A DNA stretch of 64,000 bases from Candidatus Zipacnadia bacterium (GTDB lineage Bacteria; Armatimonadota; Zipacnadia; Zipacnadales; UBA5352): positions 6,069-70,068 of the forward strand of contig JALGVA010000002.1 in assembly GCA_029820295.1 (NCBI GenBank), read 5' to 3'. Every line of letters begins with the position of its first letter. Positions within the stretch are counted from its first letter, which is position 1. Shown here piece after piece: positions 27,905-37,691 of this stretch. The notes below the pieces were generated by a model. The model was given only the letters and a program-made list of their open reading frames with translations, had not been told where the DNA came from and searched no databases. The position numbers and the translations under genes were made by a program.

Positions 27905-28396
27905 CTACCGGAGGAAGCTCAGCGCCGAGCGTGGGTCGCCGGCTGAGTACGTCCGGTACTCGATGCCTGCGTCCGCCAGCGCTTCGGCGCTGATGTCGTA
28001 GCAGGGGTAGTCCAGGAGGTCGGTCGCGACGAGGACGCGCGGCGGGGTCTGCTGGCGGGCGGCGACCGTGTCGATGACCTGCCTGATGTTCCTGGTCTGC
28101 CACTCGTCGTCGGTGGCTGCGGGCAGATCCTCCAGCCGCCGCTCGGCCTCCTGATGATGCCAGCCATGCACGACGGAGGCGAAGACGATCAGGTCCACGT
28201 CGCCGACCTCGAACTGCTCGAACACCCGCGGCACGTCGGTGCAGGTCACAGCGGTGTAGACCGCGTAGCCCGCCGGGGACAGGGCCGAGGCGTGGCCGAG
28301 GTTGAGCAGCCTGTAGTCCGAGACCACGAGGATGCACCCCTGCGCCTCTCCCTGCGGTAGATGCTCCTCCACCGGTTGGGCACGCTCACTTACCAT
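27905..28396 (-). CDS. Hypothetical protein, receiver-domain-like fold
   Basis: ILVVSD..AGYAVYTA..DVDLIVF pattern; RBS GGAGG before ATG 28396. Confidence 0.6.
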   Translation of the reverse strand: MVSERAQPVEEHLPQGEAQGCILVVSDYRLLNLGHASALSPAGYAVYTAVTCTDVPRVFEQFEVGDVDLIVFASVVHGWHHQEAERRLEDLPAATDDEWQTRNIRQVIDTVAARQQTPPRVLVATDLLDYPCYDISAEALADAGIEYRTYSAGDPRSALSFLR

Positions 28397-28840
28397 GGCC
28401 GCGCCTCCGCCATGATCTGCGCCGCTCGCGTGACGGCACAGGACGGTGGCCTGTCGCCGTCCGCGGGACTCTTCGGCCTGGACTATCAGTTCACCGGCAG
28501 CCCGGCTCCCACCTGCCACGCCGCGCCGTCCAACGCCCACTTCGCGCCGACGTGGACGCAGCACCAGGCCCGGGCCAGCGCCGCCTGCGGTCAGCGATGG
28601 CCTGCGGCCCTGTGGGAGTTCGGGCCCGCCATCACCTGAGCGCGCCGAGTCACTGCTCGTCCTGGACGTACCCGACTTCCACGTCTTCGAGGACCACGGC
28701 TTCCTCGGCCGCGAGCAGTTCCGCATCCACGCGCGCGTCCACCGGCGATAGGCGCCCTCGACCGTGCCCCAGCCGGCGGCATCAGCGGGCGGCGCAAGAG
28801 GCACGTCGATGACGCGCTCGTGAACCGCGGGGAGGGTCGC

Positions 28841-30391
28841 CTACAGGTCCACGCGCCGGCGCTCGCGGAACTGCTCCTCGCTGGCGACCTCGGCCGCCTG
28901 CCCGAGCCGCGAGGCCGGCACCGCACGCGTCTGCGCCCACTTGCGCAGCGCCTCAATACGCTCGGGCATGGTCGCCGACAGCGGCAGCGTCGCCTCGGCC
29001 TGGGCGATCAGGTCCTCGTCGCGCACCTCGCGACAATCGTCCAGAAAGGCGACTTCCAGCGCCGACTTCACCACCTCCTCGATGTCCGCGCCGGTGAAGC
29101 CCTCGGTGGCGCGCGCCACCTGCGCCAGCGCGAAGCCCTCCGGGTCGCGCCTGCGCTTGGCCAGGTGCACCGCCAGGATCTCCACGCGTTCGGCCTCGCC
29201 GGGCAGGTCCACGAAGAAGATCTCGTCGAAGCGGCCTTTGCGCAGGAACTCGGGTGGCAGGCGCTCGATGTCGTTCGCGGTCGCCATCACGAACACCGGC
29301 TCGGTCTTCTCCTGCATCCACGTCAGGAAGTGGCCGAAGACGCGCTGCGTCGTGCCCGAGTCCGACGACGCCCCGGAGACGCCCGCGAAGCCCTTCTCGA
29401 TCTCGTCCATCCACAAGATGCACGGCGCCACCGCCTCGGCGGTCGAGATCGCACGGCGCATGTTCTGCTCGGACTCGCCCACGTAGGAGCCGAAGACGCG
29501 GCCGACATCGAAGCGCAGCAGCGGCATGCGCCACGCCGAGGAGGCGGCCTTGGCGGTGAGCGACTTGCCGCAGCCGGGGATGCCGATGAGCAGCAGGCCC
29601 TTGGGCATGTCCAGTCCGAAGTCCTCGGCCTCGCGCGCGAAGCACGCGCGCTTGCGCATCAGCCACTGCTTGAGTACGTCCAGCCCGCCGACGTCATCCA
29701 TCCTCTCGCGCGCCGGATAGAACTCGAGCATGCCGGACTTGCGGATGATCTGCCGCTTCTCCTGGATGACCTTCTCGATGTCGCCCGGATCGAGCTTGCC
29801 GTCCTCGACGATGACCCGGTAGAGCGCGTTCTCGATCTCGGTCTGCGTGAGCCCCAGCAGGGCCCGCTCCAGCTCCTCGCGCTCCTCGTCATCGACCTCG
29901 ACCGCGACGCGGTCGCCCAGCGACGACAGCATCCCCGCCAGCGTCTCGGCCACGTCCGCGGGGCCCGGCAGCGGGAACTCGACCACCGTGGTCTCCTTCT
30001 CGATCTCGTCGGGGATGTGCAGCACCGGCGAGACGATCAGCAGCGCCGACTCGGTGGCGGTGATCAGGTGCTGGGCGGTCTCGCGCAGTTGCCGCACCAC
30101 CGTGGGGTCGGAGAAGTACGGGTGGAAGTCCAGCAGCACGAACAACGTGGGCTCGTCGGGCTCCGCGCAGGCGCTGAGCGCGGCCTGCGGCGACTCGCCA
30201 CCGCTGCGCGAGCCGCGCGTGCCGGGCTGGTGCATCCCGCGGGCGGCGCTCCACATGGTGACCGACTTGCCCAGCTCCCGCCCCACACGCTGCAGGCAGT
30301 CGATCACGCGCCCCTCCTCGTGTGAGACGATGTAGATCAGCGGATAGCGCGAGCGCAGATAGAGCTTGAGTTCCTCCTCGACTTCGCTCAT
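28841..30391 (-). CDS. AAA+ ATPase, Ycf46 family
   Basis: RSRYPLIYIVSHEE, DVGGLDVLKQWL, Walker A GIPGCGKS, Walker B WMDEIEK, PPEFLRKGRFDEIFFVDLP. Confidence 0.93.
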   Translation of the reverse strand: MSEVEEELKLYLRSRYPLIYIVSHEEGRVIDCLQRVGRELGKSVTMWSAARGMHQPGTRGSRSGGESPQAALSACAEPDEPTLFVLLDFHPYFSDPTVVRQLRETAQHLITATESALLIVSPVLHIPDEIEKETTVVEFPLPGPADVAETLAGMLSSLGDRVAVEVDDEEREELERALLGLTQTEIENALYRVIVEDGKLDPGDIEKVIQEKRQIIRKSGMLEFYPARERMDDVGGLDVLKQWLMRKRACFAREAEDFGLDMPKGLLLIGIPGCGKSLTAKAASSAWRMPLLRFDVGRVFGSYVGESEQNMRRAISTAEAVAPCILWMDEIEKGFAGVSGASSDSGTTQRVFGHFLTWMQEKTEPVFVMATANDIERLPPEFLRKGRFDEIFFVDLPGEAERVEILAVHLAKRRRDPEGFALAQVARATEGFTGADIEEVVKSALEVAFLDDCREVRDEDLIAQAEATLPLSATMPERIEALRKWAQTRAVPASRLGQAAEVASEEQFRERRRVDL

Positions 30392-30479
30392 CTTCGGTCC
30401 TCCCCGGCGCCTCTGTACCCCGGTCGCCGCTCACGTCCACGGGTCACTCGCTGCTTCCCGCACTCCACCGGCATTCCCT

Positions 30480-30571
30480 CCGTCGGGCCTGTGCGCTACC
30501 CACATCTCACGTGGGCATCCGATCAGTCCCAGACCGCCCCCCGCCGGTCTGCGGGCTGCGTTCCCCGACGG
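30480..30571 (-). ncRNA. Candidate structured cis-regulatory RNA (three-way junction) in the AAA ATPase leader
   Basis: Closing stem CCGTCGGG / CCCGACGG enclosing two hairpins; no known family recognised. Confidence 0.3.
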
Positions 30572-30736
30572 CCCGTGCGCACGGCCACCCGGCGATTGCG
30601 CTCCCGTTGACGAAGGCGTTCCCAGGCACCAGTTGCGCGGGCAGGATAGGGCGCGCGCCCGGGCGAAACCTCGCGCCGCGGGAGTGCACGGCGTATCGGT
30701 CCGGTGTCGTAGCGCCGTCCAGTGGTCCGCGAAAGG

Positions 30737-32032
30737 ATGAGTTGTGTGGAGAGACTGCGCATCGCGTGCATCGGCGCCGGGTCGGCCATCGGCGCACGCT
30801 CCAGTGGCTTCTTCGAGGTCATCAACCAGCTCCATGACATGTTCGACCAGTTCGCGATCATGGACATCAACGAGGAGCACGCACGCGCCGCGGCCGCGGC
30901 CTACGATATCCCGGAGGTCTACACGGACCTTGATGACCTCTTCACCCGCGGCAAGCCCGACGCCATCGTGCGCCTCACGCCCACCGACTCGGCCTTCGCG
31001 GTGTGCATGGCCGCGGCCGAGGCCGGCTGCCACGTCCTCAGCGAGATCCCGATCGCCTTCAGCCTGGCCCGGGCCGACGCGATCATGGGCAGGTGCGCCG
31101 AACAGGGCGTCAGGTTCGAGGTCGCCGAGAACGTGTGGACCTGGCCGCGCGAGCGCCTCAAGCAGATGATCGTGCAGCAGGGGCTGATCGGCGACATCAC
31201 GCACTGCCGGCTCAAGTACCCGTGCGGGGCCTACCACGGCTTCTCGGCAATCCGCAAGCTCGTGGGCGCGGAGGCCGAACGCGTGCTGGGCTGGGACGGC
31301 GCGGTGCCGGTGGTCAACATGCTCAGCTACGGCGGCGAGCCGATGGCGGAGACCATGTGGGACGGTGGGCTCATCAAGTTCCCGGGGCACGTGCACTGCA
31401 TCTTCGAGATGCCGCCCAAGCGCCCGGTGTGGCGCCACGCCTGGGACGTCGAGGGCACCCGGGGCTTCATCGGCGCGGTGGCGGGAGTGGTCGATAGCGC
31501 CAAGGGCCACCGCCACGGCGAGGCGTTGGTGCTCGATGACCCGGAGACGCTGCAGCAGCTCACCGACGACTTCGAGGCCGGCGCCGACAGCCGCGAGCGG
31601 CACTTCCCCATCGAGTGGACTTACGGTGAGCGCGGCGGCCGGCGAGTCCTCGAGTGCGTGCGCGTGAATACCGACCCGCCGGTGGTGTGGGAGAATCCGT
31701 ACGCGAAGTACGGCATCTGCGAGGACGACGCGGTCTCCAAGGCCAGCTACCTTGAGAGCCTCTACCGCGCGGTGGTGGAGGGCAAGCCGCTGATCTACGG
31801 CGGGGAGAATGCGCGCCGTGACATGGAGCTGTGGATCGCCATCCGCGAGAGCGCATGGCGGGGCAACGTCTGGGTGGATCTTCCCCTGACGGAGACGACC
31901 GGCGTCGAGCAGGCGATGCACGAGGAGTTCGAGCGCCGCTACGGTTGCGACCCGCTGGGCGATGTTGACAAGCAGCTCCGGGTGGTCTACGACCGCACGC
32001 CGGTGATGTGGACCGTGGCGGGCTGGCTGTGA
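30737..32032 (+). CDS. Gfo/Idh/MocA family oxidoreductase
   Basis: RIACIGAG Rossmann motif, HVLSEIPIA, VAEN and YHG. Confidence 0.88.
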   Translation: MSCVERLRIACIGAGSAIGARSSGFFEVINQLHDMFDQFAIMDINEEHARAAAAAYDIPEVYTDLDDLFTRGKPDAIVRLTPTDSAFAVCMAAAEAGCHVLSEIPIAFSLARADAIMGRCAEQGVRFEVAENVWTWPRERLKQMIVQQGLIGDITHCRLKYPCGAYHGFSAIRKLVGAEAERVLGWDGAVPVVNMLSYGGEPMAETMWDGGLIKFPGHVHCIFEMPPKRPVWRHAWDVEGTRGFIGAVAGVVDSAKGHRHGEALVLDDPETLQQLTDDFEAGADSRERHFPIEWTYGERGGRRVLECVRVNTDPPVVWENPYAKYGICEDDAVSKASYLESLYRAVVEGKPLIYGGENARRDMELWIAIRESAWRGNVWVDLPLTETTGVEQAMHEEFERRYGCDPLGDVDKQLRVVYDRTPVMWTVAGWL

Positions 32033-32110
32033 GGGCGGGGACCGGGGCGAGGCGCAGCCACCGGTCGCAGTGAACCCTCTGCGTCGAGCACCGCCGGGAG
32101 GTGCGCGAGC

Positions 32111-33526
32111 ATGGTTGGTTCGGGGCCGAACACGCCGGTGATCTCAGTGCCCGCGGGCGATGAGGCCTTCAATGCGAGCATCTACGAACCGGGCGAGTCG
32201 CCCGCGCGCGATGAGCCGCTGCTCCTGGGCGCGGGGCCACATCTGTTCGTGGACGACTACCTGATCGAGGCCGGTACCGGCCTTACCCGTCGGGTCAACC
32301 GCCCCGAGCGCGATCCGGACATCCCCAACCCGATCATCACCGGCCCCGAGGACCGGAACTTCCAGCCCTACATCTCCGTCCTACGCGACCCCGAGAGCGG
32401 GCGCTTCCGCACATGGTTCGGCACCTGGACCGACGCGCAGGACACCGCGGTCGCACACGTGGGGTACATGGAGTCCGAGGACGGCGTGCACTGGATCCGC
32501 CCGGTGCGCATCCTGGACGACCCGGCGCCGATCCAGTTCGGCAACAGCGTCATCGACGATGGCCCGAACTGCCCGGATCCGTCGCGGCGCTACACGCTCG
32601 CGTGGTGGAAGGATGGCGGGCTGAAGCTCGCGACCTCCCCCGACGGCCTCACCTGGACGCCGCTGGCGCCCTACCCGGTGCTGCGCCACAACCACGACAT
32701 CAACAACATCTTCCGGGACACGCTGCGCGACCGCTACGTCGCCACCATCTCGGTCTACACCACCGGGCCGACCTGGTCGGGCCAGCGCCGCGTGACCATG
32801 CAGTCGGTGAGCGATGACCTGCTGCACTGGGAGCGGCCCTGGTACGTGCTCACCCCGATCGATGGCGAGGATGAGGGCCAGACACAGTTCTACGCCATGG
32901 ATGGGCACCTGATCCGCGGCGGCCTGTGGGTGGCGCCGGTCAAGGTGCTGCGCGATGATCTACGGGCGAGCGGCACGCCCGAGGGCTCCTGCGGCATCGG
33001 TTACACCGCGCTGGCGTGGACGCGCGACGGCGTACACTGGGTGCGTGACCGCGCGCCGTTCTTCGAGCCCGATCCGCGCCCGGGGGCGTGGGACCACGCG
33101 CACGCCTGGATGGACCGGCAGGTCGTGGTGGGCGACGAGGTGTTCATCTACTATTGCGGCTACCGCAACGGGCATAAGGTGAACCGCTTCGAGGAGCGCC
33201 AGATCGGCCTGGTGCGCATGGCGCGTGACCGCTATGTCTCGCGAGACGCCGGCGACCTGCCGGGCGTGCTGCGCACCCCGCCCGTGGTCCTCGACGCCGC
33301 GCAGCTCACGGTCAACGCCGAGGTCGCGGGCGAGCTGCGCGTGCGCATACTCGGCGAGCACGGCCGGCCGCTGCCGGGCTTCGACTTCGATGATTGCCGG
33401 CCGATACGCGGCGACTCGCCGGGCCACGAGGTGCGCTGGGTGAACGGCGCCGCTCTCCCCATGGGAGCGCCCGTGCATCTCGAGTTCCGCGTGCAGGACG
33501 GCCGGCTCTACGGCTTCGGCCTGTAG
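32111..33526 (+). CDS. Five-bladed beta-propeller glycoside hydrolase-like protein (GH32/43 clan-like)
   Basis: LFVDDYLI, ESEDGVHW, SPDGLTW, SDDLLHW and TRDGVHW Asp-box-like repeats, IYYCG; start uncertain. Confidence 0.75.
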   Translation: MVGSGPNTPVISVPAGDEAFNASIYEPGESPARDEPLLLGAGPHLFVDDYLIEAGTGLTRRVNRPERDPDIPNPIITGPEDRNFQPYISVLRDPESGRFRTWFGTWTDAQDTAVAHVGYMESEDGVHWIRPVRILDDPAPIQFGNSVIDDGPNCPDPSRRYTLAWWKDGGLKLATSPDGLTWTPLAPYPVLRHNHDINNIFRDTLRDRYVATISVYTTGPTWSGQRRVTMQSVSDDLLHWERPWYVLTPIDGEDEGQTQFYAMDGHLIRGGLWVAPVKVLRDDLRASGTPEGSCGIGYTALAWTRDGVHWVRDRAPFFEPDPRPGAWDHAHAWMDRQVVVGDEVFIYYCGYRNGHKVNRFEERQIGLVRMARDRYVSRDAGDLPGVLRTPPVVLDAAQLTVNAEVAGELRVRILGEHGRPLPGFDFDDCRPIRGDSPGHEVRWVNGAALPMGAPVHLEFRVQDGRLYGFGL

Positions 33527-33571
33527 CCCGGCGAGGAGCCGTCGCGGCCCGGACTGCGCCGTGCGCCGGGA

Positions 33572-33601
33572 TTGTCGCGGCGCGTCAGAATCTGGTATAG
33601 T
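33572..33601 (+). promoter_or_regulatory. sigma70-like promoter of the response regulator
   Basis: TTGTCG, 18-bp spacer, TATAGT with an extended -10 TG. Confidence 0.6.
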
Positions 33602-33640
33602 GTCGGCAGGAGAGGCGTGGAGGAGCTGTGCGAGGGAGAT

Positions 33641-34042
33641 ATGGTCATGCCGAAGCGCATTCTGGCGGTTGACGACTCCGAAGCCTTGCGTAACCTCCTC
33701 ATGGCGCTGCTCAGTCGGTCGGGCTATGACGTGGCGCTGGCCGCCGATGGCCGCGACGCCCTGAAGAAGCTCACATCGTTCGACCCCGACCTGATTCTGC
33801 TCGATATCCAGATGCCACGCCTCGACGGCTGGGAATTCCTCGAGCTTGCGCACAAGCACCACGACCTCGACGACGTGCCGGTCATCATCTTCACCGGCAA
33901 ACCTGAGCCTGAGGACCACGAGCGCGAGCTGGCGCGCCGGTACGCGGCCTACGTGACCAAGAAGGTCCGCGGCGAGGAGCTGCTGGGCCTCATCGAGCGC
34001 GTCCTGGCGGGCGAGCTGCCCGAGCAAGCTCCCGAGGCGTGA
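33641..34042 (+). CDS. Single-domain response regulator (CheY-like)
   Basis: RILAVDD, DLILLDIQMPRLDG, PVIIFT and YVTK. Confidence 0.92.
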   Translation: MVMPKRILAVDDSEALRNLLMALLSRSGYDVALAADGRDALKKLTSFDPDLILLDIQMPRLDGWEFLELAHKHHDLDDVPVIIFTGKPEPEDHERELARRYAAYVTKKVRGEELLGLIERVLAGELPEQAPEA

Positions 34043-34108
34043 GGCGCCCCCTTCCAGGCTCCTGCCCGGGAGCGGGATGCCACCATTGTGGTGACGGGAG
34101 GCCCCGAC

Positions 34109-37100
34109 ATGCATCGTGCCCCGCGAACCGGCCGTCATGTGACTCTTGCCCTCATCGCCATCGTGTTGTGCTCCACCGCAGCAACCGCGCTCGGCGCTCC
34201 CGCGGTGGCGTTCGTGTCCCGGCAGTTCATCTACCTCGAGGACTACGATGCGCTCCCCGACCTGCGCGACGCCGGCTTCGAAGTCGGCGCGCTGGACTGG
34301 AAGGACGTCTCCCCCGAGACGCTGCAGCCCTTCAACGTGGTGGTGCTCACCGACATCCCCGGCGCCAACGAGGTGGGCGAGCTGGCCCCGCACGTGGCGG
34401 CGGCGGCCCAGCACATCCGCGCGTGGGCGCAGGCCGGCGGCGGGGTGCTTGCGTGCATGGGTGCGGGCGGCTGGGACGCCGGCCGCGTGGCCGCCAACGT
34501 GGTACTCGAGCCGTGGGACGTGGAACTGCTGGACGAGCAGGTGACCGACCCGGTCAACTTCTACCAGCAGACGCGCGGCATCCGCTGGTGGTACTCCTGG
34601 ACGACCAACCTGGCGCCGTCGCCCGTCACCGAGGGCGTGCAGACCATCTTCTACCCGTCCCGCTCATGGCGCGCCGATCTGCAGAAGACCCTCTACGCGC
34701 CACGCTTCGGGCCTGAGTGGCAGGTCCTGGTGCGCGGCGAGCGCAGCGCCCGCAGCGTGAGCAACGGCCGGGAGCCCGGCGAGCCGCCCGCCACATACGC
34801 GTCTGAGCCGCCTATCGCGGGTGTGCGCGAGGTGGGCGCAGGCCGCGCCGCGGTGATGGCGCTGTGGCCCAACTGGACCTTCTGGGGTGCGCGCCGGGAG
34901 TGCATGGACAGTATCGTGTGGGAGGCCGGCGCCGGTGGTGTGCCCAGCCACACCGGCCGCTTCCTGCTGCAGCTCCTGGCGTGGCTCGCCGAGCCGTCGA
35001 TGGCGAGCGGGATCTTCGGCGGCTACGTGACGCCCGAGGAGCCGACGCCCCGCCCCGAGCTGTACCCGCCCAGGCCGATGGACTGGGCCACGGCCGAGTT
35101 CCCGGACGCGCCGACCTGGCGACACGCGCGTGTGCTGGCGGGGGCGCGCACCAGTCACACCGTGGGCTCGGGCACGGTGGCGCAGTACTGCGCGGCCGCA
35201 CAGCGGGCGGGCTACCAGGCGATCCTGTTCGCCGAACCGCTGGACCAGCTCACCCCCGAGGCCTGGGACGCGCTCCGGCAGGAGTGCACGGCGGCCACGA
35301 CCAACGACTTCCTGGCGCTACCGGGCATCGACTTCGAGACGCTGCAGGGCGATCAGTACGTGGCCTTCGGCGAGTTCAACTTCCCCCAACCGCCCGGGCT
35401 GGCCGCCGACGGCAAGCACGTTGATGACACCTACAACCTGTGGGGCGGACAGATGTACCACGGCTTCCTGGCCCTGACCCGTCTGCACCTGCACCCCGAG
35501 CGCGATCCGCAGATCCTCAAGAACATGACCGCATGTGCGGTGCAGACCTGGCAGGGCGGCGAGCTGATCGACGACTCGCTCGATCACTACCTGGCGCTCG
35601 ACGCCCAGTTCCACAACCTGGCGCCACTGTCGCTGCACCTCATCGACTCGCCGGAGGAGGTGGCGGGCGCCGCGGAGCAGGGCTTGCAGAACGTATGGCT
35701 CGCCGATGACTCCGCGGACCTTAAGGAGCAGATCTCACCCCAGCGCCAGGCGGGCGTGCTCTACTGGATGAACCCGCACCGCGCCTACCTCACCAGCGGC
35801 CTGACCCTCGAGCAGTGGACCGGCCTGAACATCATGTATTGGGGCCCGCCGGCCGAGGGCTCAGACCGCTGGAAGATCCGCTTCAGCGTCGCCTCGCCCG
35901 CCGGGGTGCAGCAGGTGCAGGTGCTCGACCGCGCCAAGCCGTACCTGCGCTTCGCCGGCGACGGCCAGCGCTGCGCCCATGAATTCCCGGGCTTGCACGA
36001 CAACCAACACGTCTTCCACCTGCTCGCCACCGACGCCGAGGGCAACCGGCTGCTGTCGCCGGGCATCCGCATCCGCTTCTCCGACACCTGGGTCAATCAG
36101 TGCGGCGATCACCAGAACACCATCTCGGCTTGCCTGCAGCAACGGGCCGACGGGCGCGGGCTCTACGCCTACGGCACCACGCTGCCGGTCTACGCCGGCT
36201 GGCGGCCGTCGTGGAGCGCGCCCTGCCCGGTTGATACGGAGGAGCGCTATCCGCCGCAGTGGGACGGGGCGCAGACCGGGGCGTCGGGGAGCGCGGCGGC
36301 GGAGGCGTTCGTGGAGGGCGGAACCCGTGAGGGCGGCGAGAACTCGGCGGCCACCAACCTCTACGAGCTGGCCGGCCCCGAACTGCAGATCCTCCAGCAG
36401 ATCGTGCGCGCGAAGTACCCGGAAGGAACGCCACGGCGCCGTGACTGCGCGCCGACCTACCGCACCATCCCCACTGAGTTCATCGACTACGTGGTGCGGC
36501 GCATGACCCCGACTGCGCGCTTCGAGCACCCGGGCATCAGCTTCAACGAAGTCACGGTGACCGCGCGCCGCGACTTCACCTTCGACCCGGCGGTTGGCCT
36601 GCCGCTGCTGGGCTACCGGGTCAGCGACTACGCCAACCGGCCCGATGGCGTCGGCGACCACATCTTCATCACCACGGCCGACGGGCGCACGATCAACCGC
36701 GTCGGCCCGCGCGATGCCGAGCCCTGGATCTGCACCTTCGACATGACGCTCGGCAACTACGTCTCGGCCTACCCGAATCCGTTCGGCGCGGTAGCCATCT
36801 TCCCGCTGAGCGATGTGCGCGCGCACGTGACGCTCACCGGCGACCTGTTCGGCACCGTCTTCGGCCTGCCGCTCGCCGGTGAGACCGTGTCACAGGGCAC
36901 GACGTGGACCTTCCGCTTTCTGGCCGCATCGGCCGCCACCAGCCTCGAGCAGGGTAACCAGGTGTTTGACGACATCCGTTGCACGCTGGGCATCGGCTGC
37001 GAGCCCGCCTGGACCGTCACCGCCACGCGCGGCCGCGTCGATGACACCACCGGCCGCCTGCTGGCCACCGCCGAGGACCGCACCTTCGTCGCAGGCCTGC

Positions 37101-37474
37101 CGCAGACGGAGATGCCCACCGACCTGTTCATCGAGGTGCGGGGCATGACCGACGGCTGGACCGCCGCGCGGCAGATCAATGGCGGCGAGTTGAAGGCCAT
37201 CACCTGCCAGGACGGCGCCGCGTACACCAACGTGGACCTGAACCCGGGCAACGTGGACCTGGTCATCGGCCATCCGGTGACCTGCAGCGACGAGCGCGTA
37301 CGCGTGGTTGCCTGGTGGGTCGAGGGGGGCCTGGAGGTCACGGCGCACAGCCCGAGCGACGAGGACATCGCCTGCACGCTGGCCGTCAACACGGCGTTCG
37401 CAGGCCTGCCCGAGCGCGAGGAGCAGGTGACCATCCCCGCCGGCAGCAGCGTGCAGCTCTCCTGGCGCGGGTAG
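34109..37474 (+). CDS. Large secreted hypothetical protein (GATase1-like N-terminus, PHP-like domain, beta-rich C-terminus)
   Basis: Signal peptide, ORF over 1100 aa with good codon bias, PHP-like GSGTVAQYCAAAQRAGYQAILFAE. Confidence 0.75.
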   Translation: MHRAPRTGRHVTLALIAIVLCSTAATALGAPAVAFVSRQFIYLEDYDALPDLRDAGFEVGALDWKDVSPETLQPFNVVVLTDIPGANEVGELAPHVAAAAQHIRAWAQAGGGVLACMGAGGWDAGRVAANVVLEPWDVELLDEQVTDPVNFYQQTRGIRWWYSWTTNLAPSPVTEGVQTIFYPSRSWRADLQKTLYAPRFGPEWQVLVRGERSARSVSNGREPGEPPATYASEPPIAGVREVGAGRAAVMALWPNWTFWGARRECMDSIVWEAGAGGVPSHTGRFLLQLLAWLAEPSMASGIFGGYVTPEEPTPRPELYPPRPMDWATAEFPDAPTWRHARVLAGARTSHTVGSGTVAQYCAAAQRAGYQAILFAEPLDQLTPEAWDALRQECTAATTNDFLALPGIDFETLQGDQYVAFGEFNFPQPPGLAADGKHVDDTYNLWGGQMYHGFLALTRLHLHPERDPQILKNMTACAVQTWQGGELIDDSLDHYLALDAQFHNLAPLSLHLIDSPEEVAGAAEQGLQNVWLADDSADLKEQISPQRQAGVLYWMNPHRAYLTSGLTLEQWTGLNIMYWGPPAEGSDRWKIRFSVASPAGVQQVQVLDRAKPYLRFAGDGQRCAHEFPGLHDNQHVFHLLATDAEGNRLLSPGIRIRFSDTWVNQCGDHQNTISACLQQRADGRGLYAYGTTLPVYAGWRPSWSAPCPVDTEERYPPQWDGAQTGASGSAAAEAFVEGGTREGGENSAATNLYELAGPELQILQQIVRAKYPEGTPRRRDCAPTYRTIPTEFIDYVVRRMTPTARFEHPGISFNEVTVTARRDFTFDPAVGLPLLGYRVSDYANRPDGVGDHIFITTADGRTINRVGPRDAEPWICTFDMTLGNYVSAYPNPFGAVAIFPLSDVRAHVTLTGDLFGTVFGLPLAGETVSQGTTWTFRFLAASAATSLEQGNQVFDDIRCTLGIGCEPAWTVTATRGRVDDTTGRLLATAEDRTFVAGLPQTEMPTDLFIEVRGMTDGWTAARQINGGELKAITCQDGAAYTNVDLNPGNVDLVIGHPVTCSDERVRVVAWWVEGGLEVTAHSPSDEDIACTLAVNTAFAGLPEREEQVTIPAGSSVQLSWRG

Positions 37475-37691
37475 CCCTGCCGCCGGCAGGCGCGGTGGCC
37501 GGGCAACAGCACGCTCATCGCCGCAACGGTCTGCACGGCGAAGAGCGCGGCGAGGAAGATGACGATCACCGAATGCAGCTTGCGCATGACCTGGCCTCCG
37601 TACACAGGTCCTTCAGGCGGACGCCATCGGCCATCGACGCGCCCCTCACCTGCTTGTGACGCCTGACACGCGGCTTTGCTCACTATATCGG

